This document shows, piece by piece, positions 37,441 through 49,440 of a stretch of DNA of 64,000 bases. The DNA is from Heterodontus francisci (Eukaryota). Numbering within the stretch: the first letter of the stretch is position 1; every line of letters begins with the position of its first letter. Both the position numbers and the translations under genes were made by a program. Under the pieces are notes generated by a model, which saw only the letters and a program-made list of their open reading frames with translations, was not told where the DNA came from and searched no databases. The stretch lies in assembly GCF_036365525.1 (NCBI RefSeq), contig NC_090404.1, positions 11,994,550 to 12,058,549 of the forward strand, in the 5' to 3' direction.

Positions 37441-38589
37441 GATATCAGGGGGAAGACAAATGACAGACCAAATTGTTTTTATCTGGATTTACTGCCTGAA
37501 AGGGTGGTGGAATCAGATTGAATAAGAACTTTAAAAAGGTAATTTAATAAATATTTCAAATGGAAACAAATGGCACGGCTCTGGGGAAATAGCAGGGGGT
37601 AGTGGAATAACTGAATAGTTCTTTCAAAAAGCTGATACTGTCCTTAAGAGCTGAATGGACTCCTTCGCAGCTTTATCATTCTATGAGTGTATGATTTACT
37701 GGCTCAATCCAACACTCCTTTTTTTTTTTACACCTATTGTTAGTAAAAAGAACAAAAGCAAAATGTTGCCTTTGTGTAGCCCCTTTCACGACCACAGGAC
37801 GTTTCAAAGGCTTTTCAAACAATGGCGTACTCCTGCTCATATTCCTTAGGTTCTTATCACAATGACCTGAGACCTCAAGCTGAGTAAATCTCACTGAAGT
37901 ACTGAACTCGTGAACAATTCAGTCAATGCATGAATGGACTGAATGGAGTGGCTCTGGGGAAGGTGGTCAAAGGAGTGAAGGACATTTGTCTTTGCGACCA
38001 CAATGTGCAATACCCACAGGATATATTTCACTGTGGCCAATGATTTGCAATGAATATATGGCGGTAAAGCAAGTTACAGTTCATGCTGCTTTAATCCGTG
38101 CTGTTTGGAATGGTGTGACTGGACCAGTCTCACCATTAATGTGGGGATGTGGAAAACGTATCCAATCGTTTGCTACATTTCTGCTGTGACTGAAGTAATT
38201 CTGGTGAGGATATGTTGTGTGCTTGTTGTACATGAAAGGACCACATGTTCAGAAATATTACAATCGTCCCTTCACAACCCAGACATATTCTCCCTTTATC
38301 TCTTTGAGATGAGAATCTGTCATTTGCAGAGAATGATCATCAGCACCACGGGGATATCTCCAGGCCTCTCTTGGCGAATTAAGCTCGTTACTTCTGGTTA
38401 TCCTAGGTATTGAAATGATCCCAGAAATTCAGGAAGGACTGAATGCGTCAGAGAGATACAAATGAAATAAAGGGGCTACTTCATGTTAGGAATATTCAAT
38501 CACAAAGATGTGATTGTCGAACAGCATCTTTCAGGCCCATCTATCCATCTGTCCGTCAGTTCATCCATTATCAATCAACCCGTTCATCG

Positions 38590-38868
38590 GTACATGTAAC
38601 AAAACATTCGGACATTCAGGCTATGTCTCCTTCCTCTGCCCTATCACACACGTTCCCTTTTGTCCTCCTTCACCACCACCTCACCCCCACCACTTTCACT
38701 TGCTCAAAACGTATTACATTTCTAACCTTTCCCAGTTCTGACGAAAGTCAGAGACCTGAAAGGTTACCTCTGGTTCTCTCTCCACAGATGCTGCCTGACC
38801 GGCTCAGTATTTCCAGCACTTCATGCTTTTATTTCAGATTTCCAGGATCCACAGTATTTTGATTTTAT
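38590..38868 (+). mobile_element. Penelope-like terminal fragment
   Basis: CAGTTCTGACGAAAGTCAGAGACCTGAAAGG..CTCTCCACAGATGCTGCCTGACC..TTTCAGATTTCCAG. Confidence 0.75.
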
Positions 38869-38972
38869 TCAAGCTTCCAACGATCGATTCATTCCAGCTA
38901 TGCAACAGCCTCCATCCACGCAAACAAGCATATTTATCTATTTCAGAATGTATCATCTCTCTGAGGCCCTCT

Positions 38973-39279
38973 NNNNNNNNNNNNNNNNNNNNNNNNNNNN
39001 NNNNNNNNNNNNNNNNNNNNNNNNNNNNNNNNNNNNNNNNNNNNNNNNNNNNNNNNNNNNNNNNNNNNNNNNNNNNNNNNNNNNNNNNNNNNNNNNNNNN
39101 NNNNNNNNNNNNNNNNNNNNNNNNNNNNNNNNNNNNNNNNNNNNNNNNNNNNNNNNNNNNNNNNNNNNNNNNNNNNNNNNNNNNNNNNNNNNNNNNNNNN
39201 NNNNNNNNNNNNNNNNNNNNNNNNNNNNNNNNNNNNNNNNNNNNNNNNNNNNNNNNNNNNNNNNNNNNNNNNNNNNNNN
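38973..39279. other. Assembly gap
   Basis: Run of N. Confidence 1.
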
Positions 39280-40484
39280 CGCTGCACAGATGCTCCAGCG
39301 GACTTTTGCTCCCAACGAGGTGTCTGTGACTCTGGATATATTTCCTTTCCTGTGAGATGGGAACAGTTCATGTAGGTACACAACTGGAAAAATAAAATTG
39401 AATTCAGTGTTGTTGCTGGGTAGATGTGTTTATGAATCGGTCTCATTGACAATGTTAAGGATTTGAAGCTGGCTTGCAGCCAAGCAGTCAGTAATGAGGA
39501 AACAGATCTTTGATTTACTGCACAGAACTGCCAGATGCTTCCTGTAAATTACATTGGATGTTCGAGTCTTCCTGACAACAGTCAGCTGGGTTGCTGCCAA
39601 TTACTGTGTGGGACAAATTAGCGTGAATATGAATCGGCAAAGATGGGATTTAACCATTTAAACATTAACTTATTCAGCAGCGCTCTGAGAAAAAAAAAGG
39701 GAAAGCATTTTACGATATCACATCTAAAGAATGATTTTCGGCAAATTCAGTGCTCTTATCATGATAAAATGGGACAGCAAAATAATAAATTGACCCATGT
39801 GGCAATAAAATATAATTCGAGGTAATTAAGACCATTTATTTTTGTACTGCATGAATCTCTACAGAGAGATTTTAATTACCCCATACCCACATCGTAATGA
39901 GAAATGTGGGAATCGCAAAGTAATAGGTGGAATTGCCGCTGCATTTCCTTCAATTTTCTCGCAGAGCTGGAAATCATATTCAAACTAAAGACTCCTTTAT
40001 TGGTGATAACAGCTGCGAACCGTAAAGTTTAATTTATGATAGTTTGGGTTGCATATTCAGCCCTCTCATAGACAGGATACCAATGGGTAGAGAAAGGCCC
40101 AGTTTGAGTTCCGTTTCCACAGCAGGTAAAGCGTTTGTTTTTGTGATATTCTGTAGCATAACGTTAAGATCTGATATACTGAGTTCCCGATACCAATGTA
40201 TGTTAAACAGTCTATCGCTATTAAAATTAGCTGCAATGATCTGGGTGCCGAGGATAGATATGCTGATCGCCATATCTGTTTTGATTCACCAGATTGTCTT
40301 TCTCAAAAACTGAACTGAATTTTATGTGTTACTCCTTAATTATCAGGCAAACGGACATTTCTATCAGGCAATTTTCAAAGGACTGGCTTCGGGTCACCGA
40401 GTGAGGAACAGCTCGAGAAATGTAGACAGAGAGCGGGAGAGAGAGAGGGGGGGAGAGAGAGAGAGATACTTGTGTATTGCGAGG

Positions 40485-40855
40485 AGTTTCTATTCTAACA
40501 GAACTTGACAGGGTAGATGCAGGAAGGATGTTCCCGATGGTGGGAGTGTCCAGAACCAGGGGTCATAGTCTAAGGATACGGGATAAACCTTTCAGGACTG
40601 AGATGAGGAGCAATTTCTTCACCGAGAGAGTGGTGAGCCTTGGAATTCGCTACCACAGAAAGCATTTGCGGCCAAAACATTGTATGTTTTGAAAACGGAG
40701 TTAGATATAACTCTTGGGTCGAAAGGCATCAAAGGGTATGGGGCGAAAGCCGGAACAGGCTACTGAGTTGGATGATCAACCATGATCATAATGAATGGCG
40801 GAGCAGGCTCGATGGGCCGAATGGCCTCCTCCTGATCCTATTTTCGATGTTTCTC
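40485..40855 (+). mobile_element. CR1-clade LINE 3' fragment
   Basis: LDRVDAGRMFPMVGVSRTRGHSLRI. Confidence 0.9.
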
Positions 40856-41374
40856 CGTTTCATTCTGGTCCTAAATAGTGCAACTGCAGCCATTTATACG
40901 GCAAATAGAATCTTACTAATATCCTGAATTTAGCTGCATAAATTGATAACAATTCAAATTATTGGGGATACTTCACTGGTACGGATTGAAGGGATAGATA
41001 ACGAGAGTTGGATTAAAATATACTGGCAGTCACTTTCGACCCTGGTAACGTTGTTTAATCTGAGAGATTCACATTCGCTGTGAAGAGTTGAGAAAATAAT
41101 GAGATTTAATTTACAGTCCACAATGCAATTATTTATTACTGAACACATTCTCAACTGCAGTATCTCCAATTAGGCCCAAGTAACACATTGCATTTAAACC
41201 AGGCAGCCAAATAACTATCCCTGGATACAAATAAAAAGTTCACATTTAATTCTAACCCAGTGTAATGATATGACTCCATTCTGTTAATGATGTGGAAGGT
41301 GGACGTGGATCCAGTCACCGCCTCCATCAGGGAATCAATAGGCGGCGCCTGTAACCTCGCCCCCTTCTGCCGGG

Positions 41375-41383
41375 TATTTAAAT
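41375..41383 (+). promoter_or_regulatory. TATA-like box of the VH promoter
   Basis: TATTTAAAT ~90-100 bp upstream of the ATG, within a GC-rich stretch. No perfect octamer nearby. Confidence 0.55.
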
Positions 41384-41472
41384 GCCGGTAACTGGAATCG
41401 CAACACAACAGACCGGGAGCGTGTTTGCTCAGTGAGTTGTCGCCAGAACCATTTTCCCGAATTGCCAGAAGG

Positions 41473-41518
41473 ATGAGATCGGCGATTTCTCTCAGTCTGT
41501 TGCTGATTTTCTTATCCC
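41473..41518 (+). CDS. IGHV: IgM VH leader exon
   Basis: MRSAISLSLLLIFLS plus C|gtgagt, phase 1. Confidence 0.96.
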
Positions 41519-41647
41519 GTGAGTAGTTTTTGCCAGCCGTGTCTTGCAATGTTACTGTCTCAGTGTTAGTCTCTCTCTGGAATGTTACAGAGTCAGGAAT
41601 CATTTCACCAGGATTAATCCTCGGGGTTTTTGATATTTTTTTTACAG

Positions 41648-41952
41648 GTGTCCATTCGGATGTCGTGTTGACTCAGCCAGAGGCAGAGACCGGGAAACCC
41701 GGAGGCTCCCTGCGACTGACCTGCAAAACCAGCGGGTTCAATCTTGAATACAGCTATATGAGCTGGGTCCGACAGGTTCCCGGGAAGGGGCTGGAGTGGT
41801 TGGTCAGCTACATGTTTTCATCAGTTGACAATTACGCCCCAGGGATTCAGGATCGATTTACTGCGTCCAAAGACACTTCAAACAACATCTTCGCCTTGGA
41901 CATGAAGAACCTGAAGACTGAAGACACCGCCATGTATTACTGTGCAAGATAC
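41648..41952 (+). CDS. IGHV: IgM VH exon, germline and open
   Basis: tttacag|(R)[101 protein letters not shown]. Confidence 0.98.
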
Positions 41953-41991
41953 CACAGCGAGAGGAACCAGGGCTGGACCCGTACAAGTACA
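41953..41991 (+). other. VH 23-RSS
   Basis: CACAGCG, 23-nt spacer, ACAAGTACA. Confidence 0.93.
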
Positions 41992-42365
41992 GATCGTGAG
42001 GGATTCGACAAATTCGGTCATAACCTGACGGTCAGTAATTGTATTAAATATATTATTAATTGCTGCGGTCACAACCAGACCGTACACAAAACAGCACAGA
42101 GAAAATTCAATGGTACAAATCGAAGACACTAACACTGAGTAATTTTGCCTGTGCTCAATTTTAATGTTAACAGCATTAACAATGTTAACAATTGCAGACC
42201 TGGATAAGATGTTGATTTTAATGTGACTGATACCTGGAGGGAGTTACTTGGAGCTGTGTTCACTTCTGACCGCGTGGTGTAAACATTTGGATATGTTCTA
42301 AACTAGATCAGAAGTGAATTTCTGTTTGAAGTGAATGTTGACAGTACTGAACAGAGAGTGAGTGC

Positions 42366-42445
42366 AGTATTTGTGCGGGTTCGTGTCACGGTGGGTACTA
42401 TGGGGGTCACGGTGCTGTACAGAGCGAGTTCCTCTTGCAAAATCC
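42366..42445 (+). other. IGHD: DH1 segment (42394-42407, GGTACTATGGGGGT) with 12-RSS and 22-RSS
   Basis: AGTATTTGT-12-CACGGTG [D] CACGGTG-22-GCAAAATCC. Confidence 0.93.
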
Positions 42446-42758
42446 CCAGACACGGAGCTTGCTCAAAGCTGCGATCACTACCACGGCAGGAGGGTCGTAA
42501 ACAATGAGAATTAAATAAAAATAATGGATAAATATAATGCAGTTTGTGACAATGTATGAAAGTCCATTGCTTTATTAGTGTTGACTGTCATGCTAAATCA
42601 ACATAGATTCTTCAGAAGTATTTCAATCCGCTTTAGAAATATAATGACCCGGAGCAATTGAATTATCTCACGGATGTACTCTTCGGTGAGTGGGAATCAG
42701 GTTTTTTAAGAGTGCTGTGGAATTTAATCTCTGTATTTTACAGTTAACAGTCCGCCAC

Positions 42759-42824
42759 AGTATTTGACACGACGTGTCTCACTGTGTACTGGGTGGCACA
42801 GCAGTTACTGTCAATACAAAAAGC
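42759..42824 (+). other. IGHD: DH2 segment (42787-42796, TACTGGGTGG) with 12/12 RSS
   Basis: AGTATTTGA-12-CACTGTG [D] CACAGCA-12-ACAAAAAGC. Confidence 0.93.
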
Positions 42825-43150
42825 CGCTCAGCACTAATTGATGAACCTGGGTCACTGATCGTTTTTGCAGTCCAACTGTAGATGCAGCAAAAGTACTATT
42901 TGTGTCCAGCACTGTCCTACTAGCACGGTTTATTATGGATAAACTGATAATTATTCATTTGTCAGTTGGTGATTTCAATAATTACTGACATGTTACTGTG
43001 TGAAATATAAAACATCAGGGAAATTTATGAAGAGTGAAAAGAATCATTAACACAGTTATAATTTTCTGAAGAACCATCATGATTTTATTTTGCCTCTGTG
43101 GTGTGGATATTTAAAATAATGCTGGATTTCTCTCTATTCTGTGCAGAGCC

Positions 43151-43189
43151 GGTTATTGTGTGACCCAGCCCAGGGAATATAACACTGTG
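43151..43189 (+). other. JH 23-RSS
   Basis: GGTTATTGT-23-CACTGTG. Confidence 0.95.
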
Positions 43190-43237
43190 ACTATCTCGAG
43201 GACTGGGGTCAAGGGACCATGGTGACGGTGACTGCAG
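43190..43237 (+). CDS. IGHJ: JH segment
   Basis: YLEDWGQGTMVTVTA followed by the G|gtcag donor. Confidence 0.97.
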
Positions 43238-43336
43238 GTCAGAAAAATGAACGTATTCAGTAACTGATTTATTTGTGTTTTTATTTTATATTTCTGTTTA
43301 TTTTAATGATACATTTATTCACTGAAATGTGGATTT

Positions 43337-44265
43337 GGTGGATTCTGTCTTGATATTTGTTGCAATGTTTCATTTGACTCTGCTGCAAAGGGATGAAAGA
43401 ATTTAACGGTTTCTTCACAATCGGTTCTGTTGCGGGATTCAGCTCCAGATTGATGTGATTTGGTATTTATTTGCTGATGAGACTGTGTGTCTGGGCTACT
43501 TTAAATATCTAACTGTTGTTAAACTTTTTGACGTTTCTGCAATGTTTAATCTTGGTGACATCTAGTCACTGCAGGTTTTCCGATCTAATACAAACAATAA
43601 GTGTTTAAATATGTTTGCAATAAAATTGTATGCAGAAAACGTCAGTGGTCAAAAATAGCCTTACGATATTTTGATCTATTTTTATTTGTGGCAATTAAAT
43701 TGTCATTTATCAATCTACTGCTCACGAATGCTCATATGTAATACATTAAATTTTGATGTAATTAAGAATGACATAAATAACAAATTTGCAGTTTTAGTCA
43801 GATTTACATTCATATAACCTCACTCATTATACTTCGGTGATATCGGCCAATATTAATGAAATATGCTATAGTATCAAGATTAATTTATTAAACATGCTGT
43901 CTGTGCTGAAAATTCTGCTGCCATTTTTATATATTTGCTGGTAAGTCAGACAGGCGGGCTCGGTGGATTCTGTATTGAGATTTGTTTGCAATGTTACGTT
44001 TGAGTCTGCTAAAGTTTTTGTCGAATTAAGCTACTTCTCTATGAAACGTATTGAGGCTGGATTCAGTTCCTCAGTGATGTGATTTGGTGTTTATCTGCTG
44101 AGGAGAGTGTGTGTCTGTGTTACAAAGAAAAATTTGTGAAACTCTTTGGCATTGTTCTGCATTGTTTAATCTCGGTGACATTGAGCGGCTTCATGTTTTC
44201 TGATCGAATGCAAACATTCTACGTGTTTAAAACTGCTTGAAAGACGATTGCAGCTGGAAAACTGG
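43337..44265. repeat. Diverged ~300-bp direct duplication in the J-C intron (43337-43645 and 43962-44265)
   Basis: Shared GGTGGATTCTGT.TTGA.ATTTGTT, GGATTCAG.TCC..TGATGTGATTTGGT.TTTAT.TGCTGA and TGTTTAATCT.GGTGACAT. Confidence 0.8.
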
Positions 44266-46429
44266 CAAGTTTCAGAAATGAGAAAAGAAAACATTGAAAG
44301 ATATTTCAAGGCATTTTTTAAATATAAGTGATAATCGCAGATTAAACTATTAAGCCATGTTTACAACGCACGTTCAGTACGTGGAATGTAACTGCAATTA
44401 CAAACTGCATAAGTAGCAGGTTTGCGGATTGGAGAGTCAAGTTAATGTAATTCAAACAAATGGAATGCGGCAGTATCTCCTCATTTAAACCAAATGTGCT
44501 TTAATATTAACATCGATTTATTATTCATTAATTGCCTTTCAGAATTCTGGTGTGCCATGCGCACAATAATCATGACCAGAAAATGTTATGGGCTGGAGAC
44601 AATTTTTAATTATGCTTGAAATTATTTCAATCAGAGGGTACTTATTCCAATTTTCTGTTCAGTTTGATGTGCGCTTTTGAATTATTTTTTATATTCCTGT
44701 TTAAAACAGATGAATGACAGCTTTTATTTACTTATAACTTAAATAGGAGTTGTAAATTGCAGTTTGTCAATGTATTATCTCTGTCCGGTTATTACATTTT
44801 TTGCGTGAAGCCCAAACCATGTTCTTCCTTCAGTGTCAATTGTTGTTGGATAGCGAGAAAATGATCACTAATCAAATATTAACCATTTTCCCGAGACAAG
44901 AAGTCGCTGGTAGTCAAAGAATTGTTCATATGATTTTATTTAAATTGAAGAAACTTGTCGACTGCCCAAGGCGAGAGACAAACAAATAGCACGTTGAAAT
45001 TCAAGTAGATTCAATTAATTTCAAATGGTTAATGTTCGTTTTGACTTCAATAACAACAACCTCTCTTTCTAGCTGTGCTGCACACAGGATAGAAATATAG
45101 ACAAAGAACAGATTATACCCGAAAGTTACAATTCATTCTTATTAAGTATTAAATTGACCAACAAAATCTCGGCTACATTTGCTCACTAAGTTTCAGTGCC
45201 GCAGATGATCTGAAAGAATTGTTCTCGTCCAGTTTTGCAGTGATCATTTTGAAGTTTCTTTCAATAGAAGCACCATGTATTTAATAATTAATTTACAGGA
45301 ATTTTGTAAATTACTGGAGTAACATATAAAAACATTGTGTGATTAAATAGTGGCAGCACAGTCACCGATCGTAAACTGCCTTGAGGAGAAATTATTGTTC
45401 AATTTAAATGATTGAACTGCGATTCGATTTAAGTAGAAGTAATATATTTTATGCATGTTTGAATCTATTAATATGATATTTATTATTTAATATTGATTAA
45501 GTGTCACAATAATTTAATTAAACCCCCCATTATTTCACAAGGCACCAGGCAGAAGCAGGTCTTGAATTAATATTAACTTTTAAAAAAGTATAAAATCAGC
45601 TAACATGAATATTAACCAAGAATATAATAATAGCGCTAATTCATTAAACTTAAATGACCTCCCACAATTGAGTAGTGTACTTGCCGGGATTCCAATGAGT
45701 GCAAAATCTCAAGGGTCGGAGAGAATTCTGAATAAATTAGAGAACAATGTATTTCTTACTCAGCTGTTCTTAGCTCGATGACGTGTCGCCGCAGATTTTA
45801 ATGAATTAACTATGTGTAATGCTTCAATTTTTTTTGGTAACGTTTAAGTATGCAATTGTATCAAACCGGTGGGTAATCGGTTTGTAAGGTGTGTGCTTCC
45901 TGACTTGTTCAATTCTTATGCTGTCACTGAGTTCCTGTTACGGACATCAAATTCCTCCGAATGTGAATTGTTTTGATGAACACATTTTAAGTGGGACTAC
46001 ATCATATGTTTTTAAGATTACAGACAAATAGGGAGAAACTGTTGAAGTGGAAGGGTGTTTTTGAAATGAATACCAGTTTATTTTCAAAGAGCTCACAGAC
46101 TTGTATTGGTCTCAATTTGACAATTGATAAATTAGAATCAAACATCTTCATTGAAGTTGACAGATTCAACAGATCTATCTGCTGAGAGCCCCATTGTTAC
46201 ACCATTAGTGCCTGTTCTGTTTCTGTGCGCCTGCTCACTGTGTGGAGATCAGTAATCCTCCCGACTGGTTGTAAACCTTCTGGTTCGTCCTCATGTATTT
46301 CATGAGTGCAATTTGATCCATTTATTTAAGAAACTTGTACCTGTGAGAAAAACGAAATTTTGGCTTTAAGTCTGATGAGGCGCCTCCGCGATGAGATCTG
46401 TATTCCAGTCTGTGACAGTCAGAAATAGC

Positions 46430-46880
46430 AGTTCAGTGTCATGACAGACAGAATGTAGAAGGAGAATTGGTCAATTTGTAATCAGTAATGTCTCTCCCTT
46501 GGGAGCATTTGACTGCCAATGTCGAGGAAGCTTTGCTACATATTTAATCCAAGCTGTAACTGTCCTGGGATTGTTTGATGGGGACAGTGTCGAGAGAAAA
46601 AATACTCTGTATCGAAATCGGGTTGAACCTGTCCTGGATGTATTTGATGGGACAGGGTACAGGGAGCTTTATTTTATATTAAACTAGAGCTGTACCTGAC
46701 CCAGAGCGATAGTGAAGTATAGAGGTGGCTTTCCATGGTAGATAACACTTGTGATGTCTGATCTTACAGCTCAGGATAGGGACGTACAGGGGGATCTTTA
46801 CTTTACAATTTAACTGTCCTGTACCTGTCCCGAAAGTTTTTTCCCCGCAGTGTTCAAGGATCCTCAATCTGCATCTAACT
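46430..46880. repeat. Degenerate ~65-bp shark minisatellite (GGGACAGTGTAGAGGGAGCTTTACTCTGTATCTAA..CTGTACCTG.CCTGGGA.TGTTTGAT); inverted copy at ~56100-56310
   Basis: Recurrent TGTTTGATGGGACAG and CTGTACCTG motifs. Confidence 0.7.
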
Positions 46881-47354
46881 CATGAGCTGTGAGTTCTCGA
46901 GCCAGACATATGAAAATAAATTGTTCCATTGCCCAGATGAAATAACGCACATGAATTGATTTTAACCATTCATGCAAGCCCAATTTTTAATGAATTAAAA
47001 ATATTTAAACCTGTTAAGTATCAGATAATTATCGAATGAGATTGGCCTGATCTTGAGTGTACTTTCAGAAGAAAGAGTTTCAGGAAGCAGCTGTCGTGCC
47101 CCAGTTAGCAGCACCTGTTCTGAACTGATGGGAGAATGGAAGTTCTTTTGGCACTTTAAATGGAAATAGTCGAGACTCCGGCTACAAATAACCATCATGA
47201 TAATCTCATCTTTGAAATCATTATTTCGTTCAAGTATTTTCAAAAGATAACAGGCAGTGATAAACTCTGATGAGATGCAGTAATTGGACTGGGTCACAAC
47301 TGAGGGTACTTCCCACTAAAGTCAGCTTGTGTGAAACTATTGAAGTGATACTTT

Positions 47355-47666
47355 CGGCACGGTGGTGCGGTGGTTAGCACTGCAGCCTCATAGCTCCAGC
47401 GACCCGCGTTCAATTCTGGGTACTGCTTGTGTGGAGTTTGTAAGTTCTCCCAGTGTCCGCGTGGGTTTTCGCCGGGTGCTCCGGTTTCCTCCCACAGCCG
47501 AAGACTTGCAGGTTTATCGGTAAATTGGCCATTATAAATTGCCCCTAGTATAGGCAGGTGGTAGAAATATGGGCTTAGGGTAGGATTAATATAAATGATA
47601 TTGATGTTCGGCGCAGACTTGGTGGGCCGAAGGCCCTGTTTCAGTGCTGTATCTCTGAATAATAAA
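47355..47666 (+). mobile_element. HE1-type SINE in the J-C intron
   Basis: GGCACGGTGGTGCGGTGGTTAGCAC head, V-domain and CR1-derived tail. Confidence 0.9.
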
Positions 47667-47869
47667 TGATACAGTTAGCCTGCAGTCAATGTCAATCACG
47701 ATAAGCTTTAAGTCTCTGACAGTATCTGATTGACTCAGTTGTAGTTTTTAAGATTAGTCGCTATTTTGGAGGGAGGGGGTTGTGCTGGGGATGGAGGGAG
47801 GGGGTGGAAGGGTGGGGGCAACACAGCAGTCTACTTGCAAAGAGCAAATTTCCAAAACACTGCAATTGA

Positions 47870-48597
47870 TAAATGTTGAATGCTTTATTTTTTGAAAAGT
47901 GCTGCTGGTTTAGAAATAAATACTGACCGGAATAGCGGCGAAACTCCACCTCCAGCTCACCACCACCTCCTCAAGGACAATTATGGACGGGCAATAAATG
48001 CTGACCTCGCCAGTGACGCCCACATCCCATGAATGAATAAAAGGCTCTTACTTTTGTAATGTTACAGGTCCTGTCAGAGAGGTGTGTTCCTCACCAGGGG
48101 ACCGACAGGTGATGATCACCAAATGATGGAGTTGCTAGAAGCTCCAATGCGGATGAAGGTTTTAATATTAGAATCAGTTTCTTGCTGGAGCCAAATTCCA
48201 ACTTGTTTGGTTACTTGATAAGCATGAATTACAGTGTCTAACTCGTTCAATTAATAAATGCAGAGTGTTTTTTTTTTGACAAAGTGCTCTTGGTTGAGAA
48301 ATAAATACTGGCAGGAATAATGGGGAAACCCCTCTTCCATGTTAATCCAATGCAAGGTACTTTATTCAGGCGACGTCAAAAGGCTCCTACTTTTGTAATG
48401 TAACAGATCCTGAAAGAGAGGTGAATTCCTGACCTGGAGACCAACAGGTGATGATTCCCAATGATGTAAGTGGTAGAAGCTCAAATGCGGATGAAGATTT
48501 TAATTGGAAAATATTGGAATTAGTTTCTAGCTGGAGTCAAATTCCAAGTTGTTTGGTTACTTGATAAGCATGAATTACTGAGTCTAACTTGTTCAAT
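47870..48597. repeat. Tandem duplication (~350-380 bp x2) abutting the Cmu1 acceptor
   Basis: Both copies share AAAAGGCTC.TACTTTTGTAATGT, ACAGGTGATGAT and TGTTTGGTTACTTGATAAGCATGAATTAC. Copy 1 has a LINE tail inserted at ~47950-48040. Confidence 0.88.
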
Positions 48598-48614
48598 CTG
48601 CCATTCTTTCACAG

Positions 48615-48911
48615 CGACACCGTCTCCCCCAACCCTTTACGGCCTGTGCTCCTGTGAGCAACCCAACACCGACGGCTCCTTGGCCTACGGCTGTTTGGCA
48701 ATGGATTACATCCCCCAAATCACCAGCGTTTCCTGGAAGAAAGATAATGAGCCGATCACCACTGGATTGAAGACTTATCCGTCAGTGCTGAACAAGAAGG
48801 GAACCTACACCCAGAGCAGCCAGTTAACCATCACCGAGTCAGAGGTGGGAAGCAGCAAAATCTACTGCGAGGTTCGACGCGGAGAGTCGGTCTGGATCAA
48901 GGAAATTCCAG
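48615..48911 (+). CDS. IGHM: IgM Cmu1 exon
   Basis: cacag|(A)[42 protein letters not shown]...[19 protein letters not shown]|gttag. Confidence 0.98.
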
Positions 48912-49122
48912 GTTAGTGTTGTGGAAACTGTGAAAAATAGAAAAGCTTTAATGATCTTATTTAGAGCTTTGGCTCTACCATATTCAGAGTACCGTGCACA
49001 GTTCTGATCCCTCTAAACTCCAGCTGGTGTCTGCTTGACAGCAAAGAAGCTGTTAAAATATAAGAACAGTTTGCATTAGTTATTAATTTCTTCTAAAAAT
49101 GTCTAACGTGTTTTTCTTGAAG

Positions 49123-49440
49123 ATTGTAAAGGTGACAAGGTCCATCCAACTGTTATCCTCACCCAGAGTTCCAGTGAAGAAATCACAAGCAGAAGATTTG
49201 CAACTGTCTTGTGTTCAATCATCGATTTCCATCCAGAGTCAATAACCGTGAGTTGGTTGAAGGATGGACAACACATGGAATCGGGCTTCGTCACATCTCC
49301 CACCTGTGGAGTGAACGGGACCTTCTCGGCGACCAGTCGGCTGACAGTCCCCGCTAGGGAATGGTTCACCAACAAGGTCTATACCTGCCAGGTCTCCCAT
49401 CAAGGGGTCACCCAAAGCCGAAACATCACCGGATCTCAGG
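49123..49440 (+). CDS. IGHM: IgM Cmu2 exon
   Basis: gaag|(D)[48 protein letters not shown]...[21 protein letters not shown]|gtaag. Confidence 0.98.

Noticed and set aside
38300-38400. Minus-strand LIRQERPGDIPVVLMI resembling a V-domain FR2
   Set aside because: No flanking Cys, Trp or YYC motifs in frame and no RSS with a nonamer.
39570-39620. WVAANYCVG resembling a V-exon end
   Set aside because: No heptamer/nonamer follows and the upstream frame is closed.
43238-48614. Class-switch (S) region in the J-C intron
   Set aside because: No tandem AGCT/GGGGT-rich array is seen, consistent with cartilaginous fish lacking canonical switch regions.
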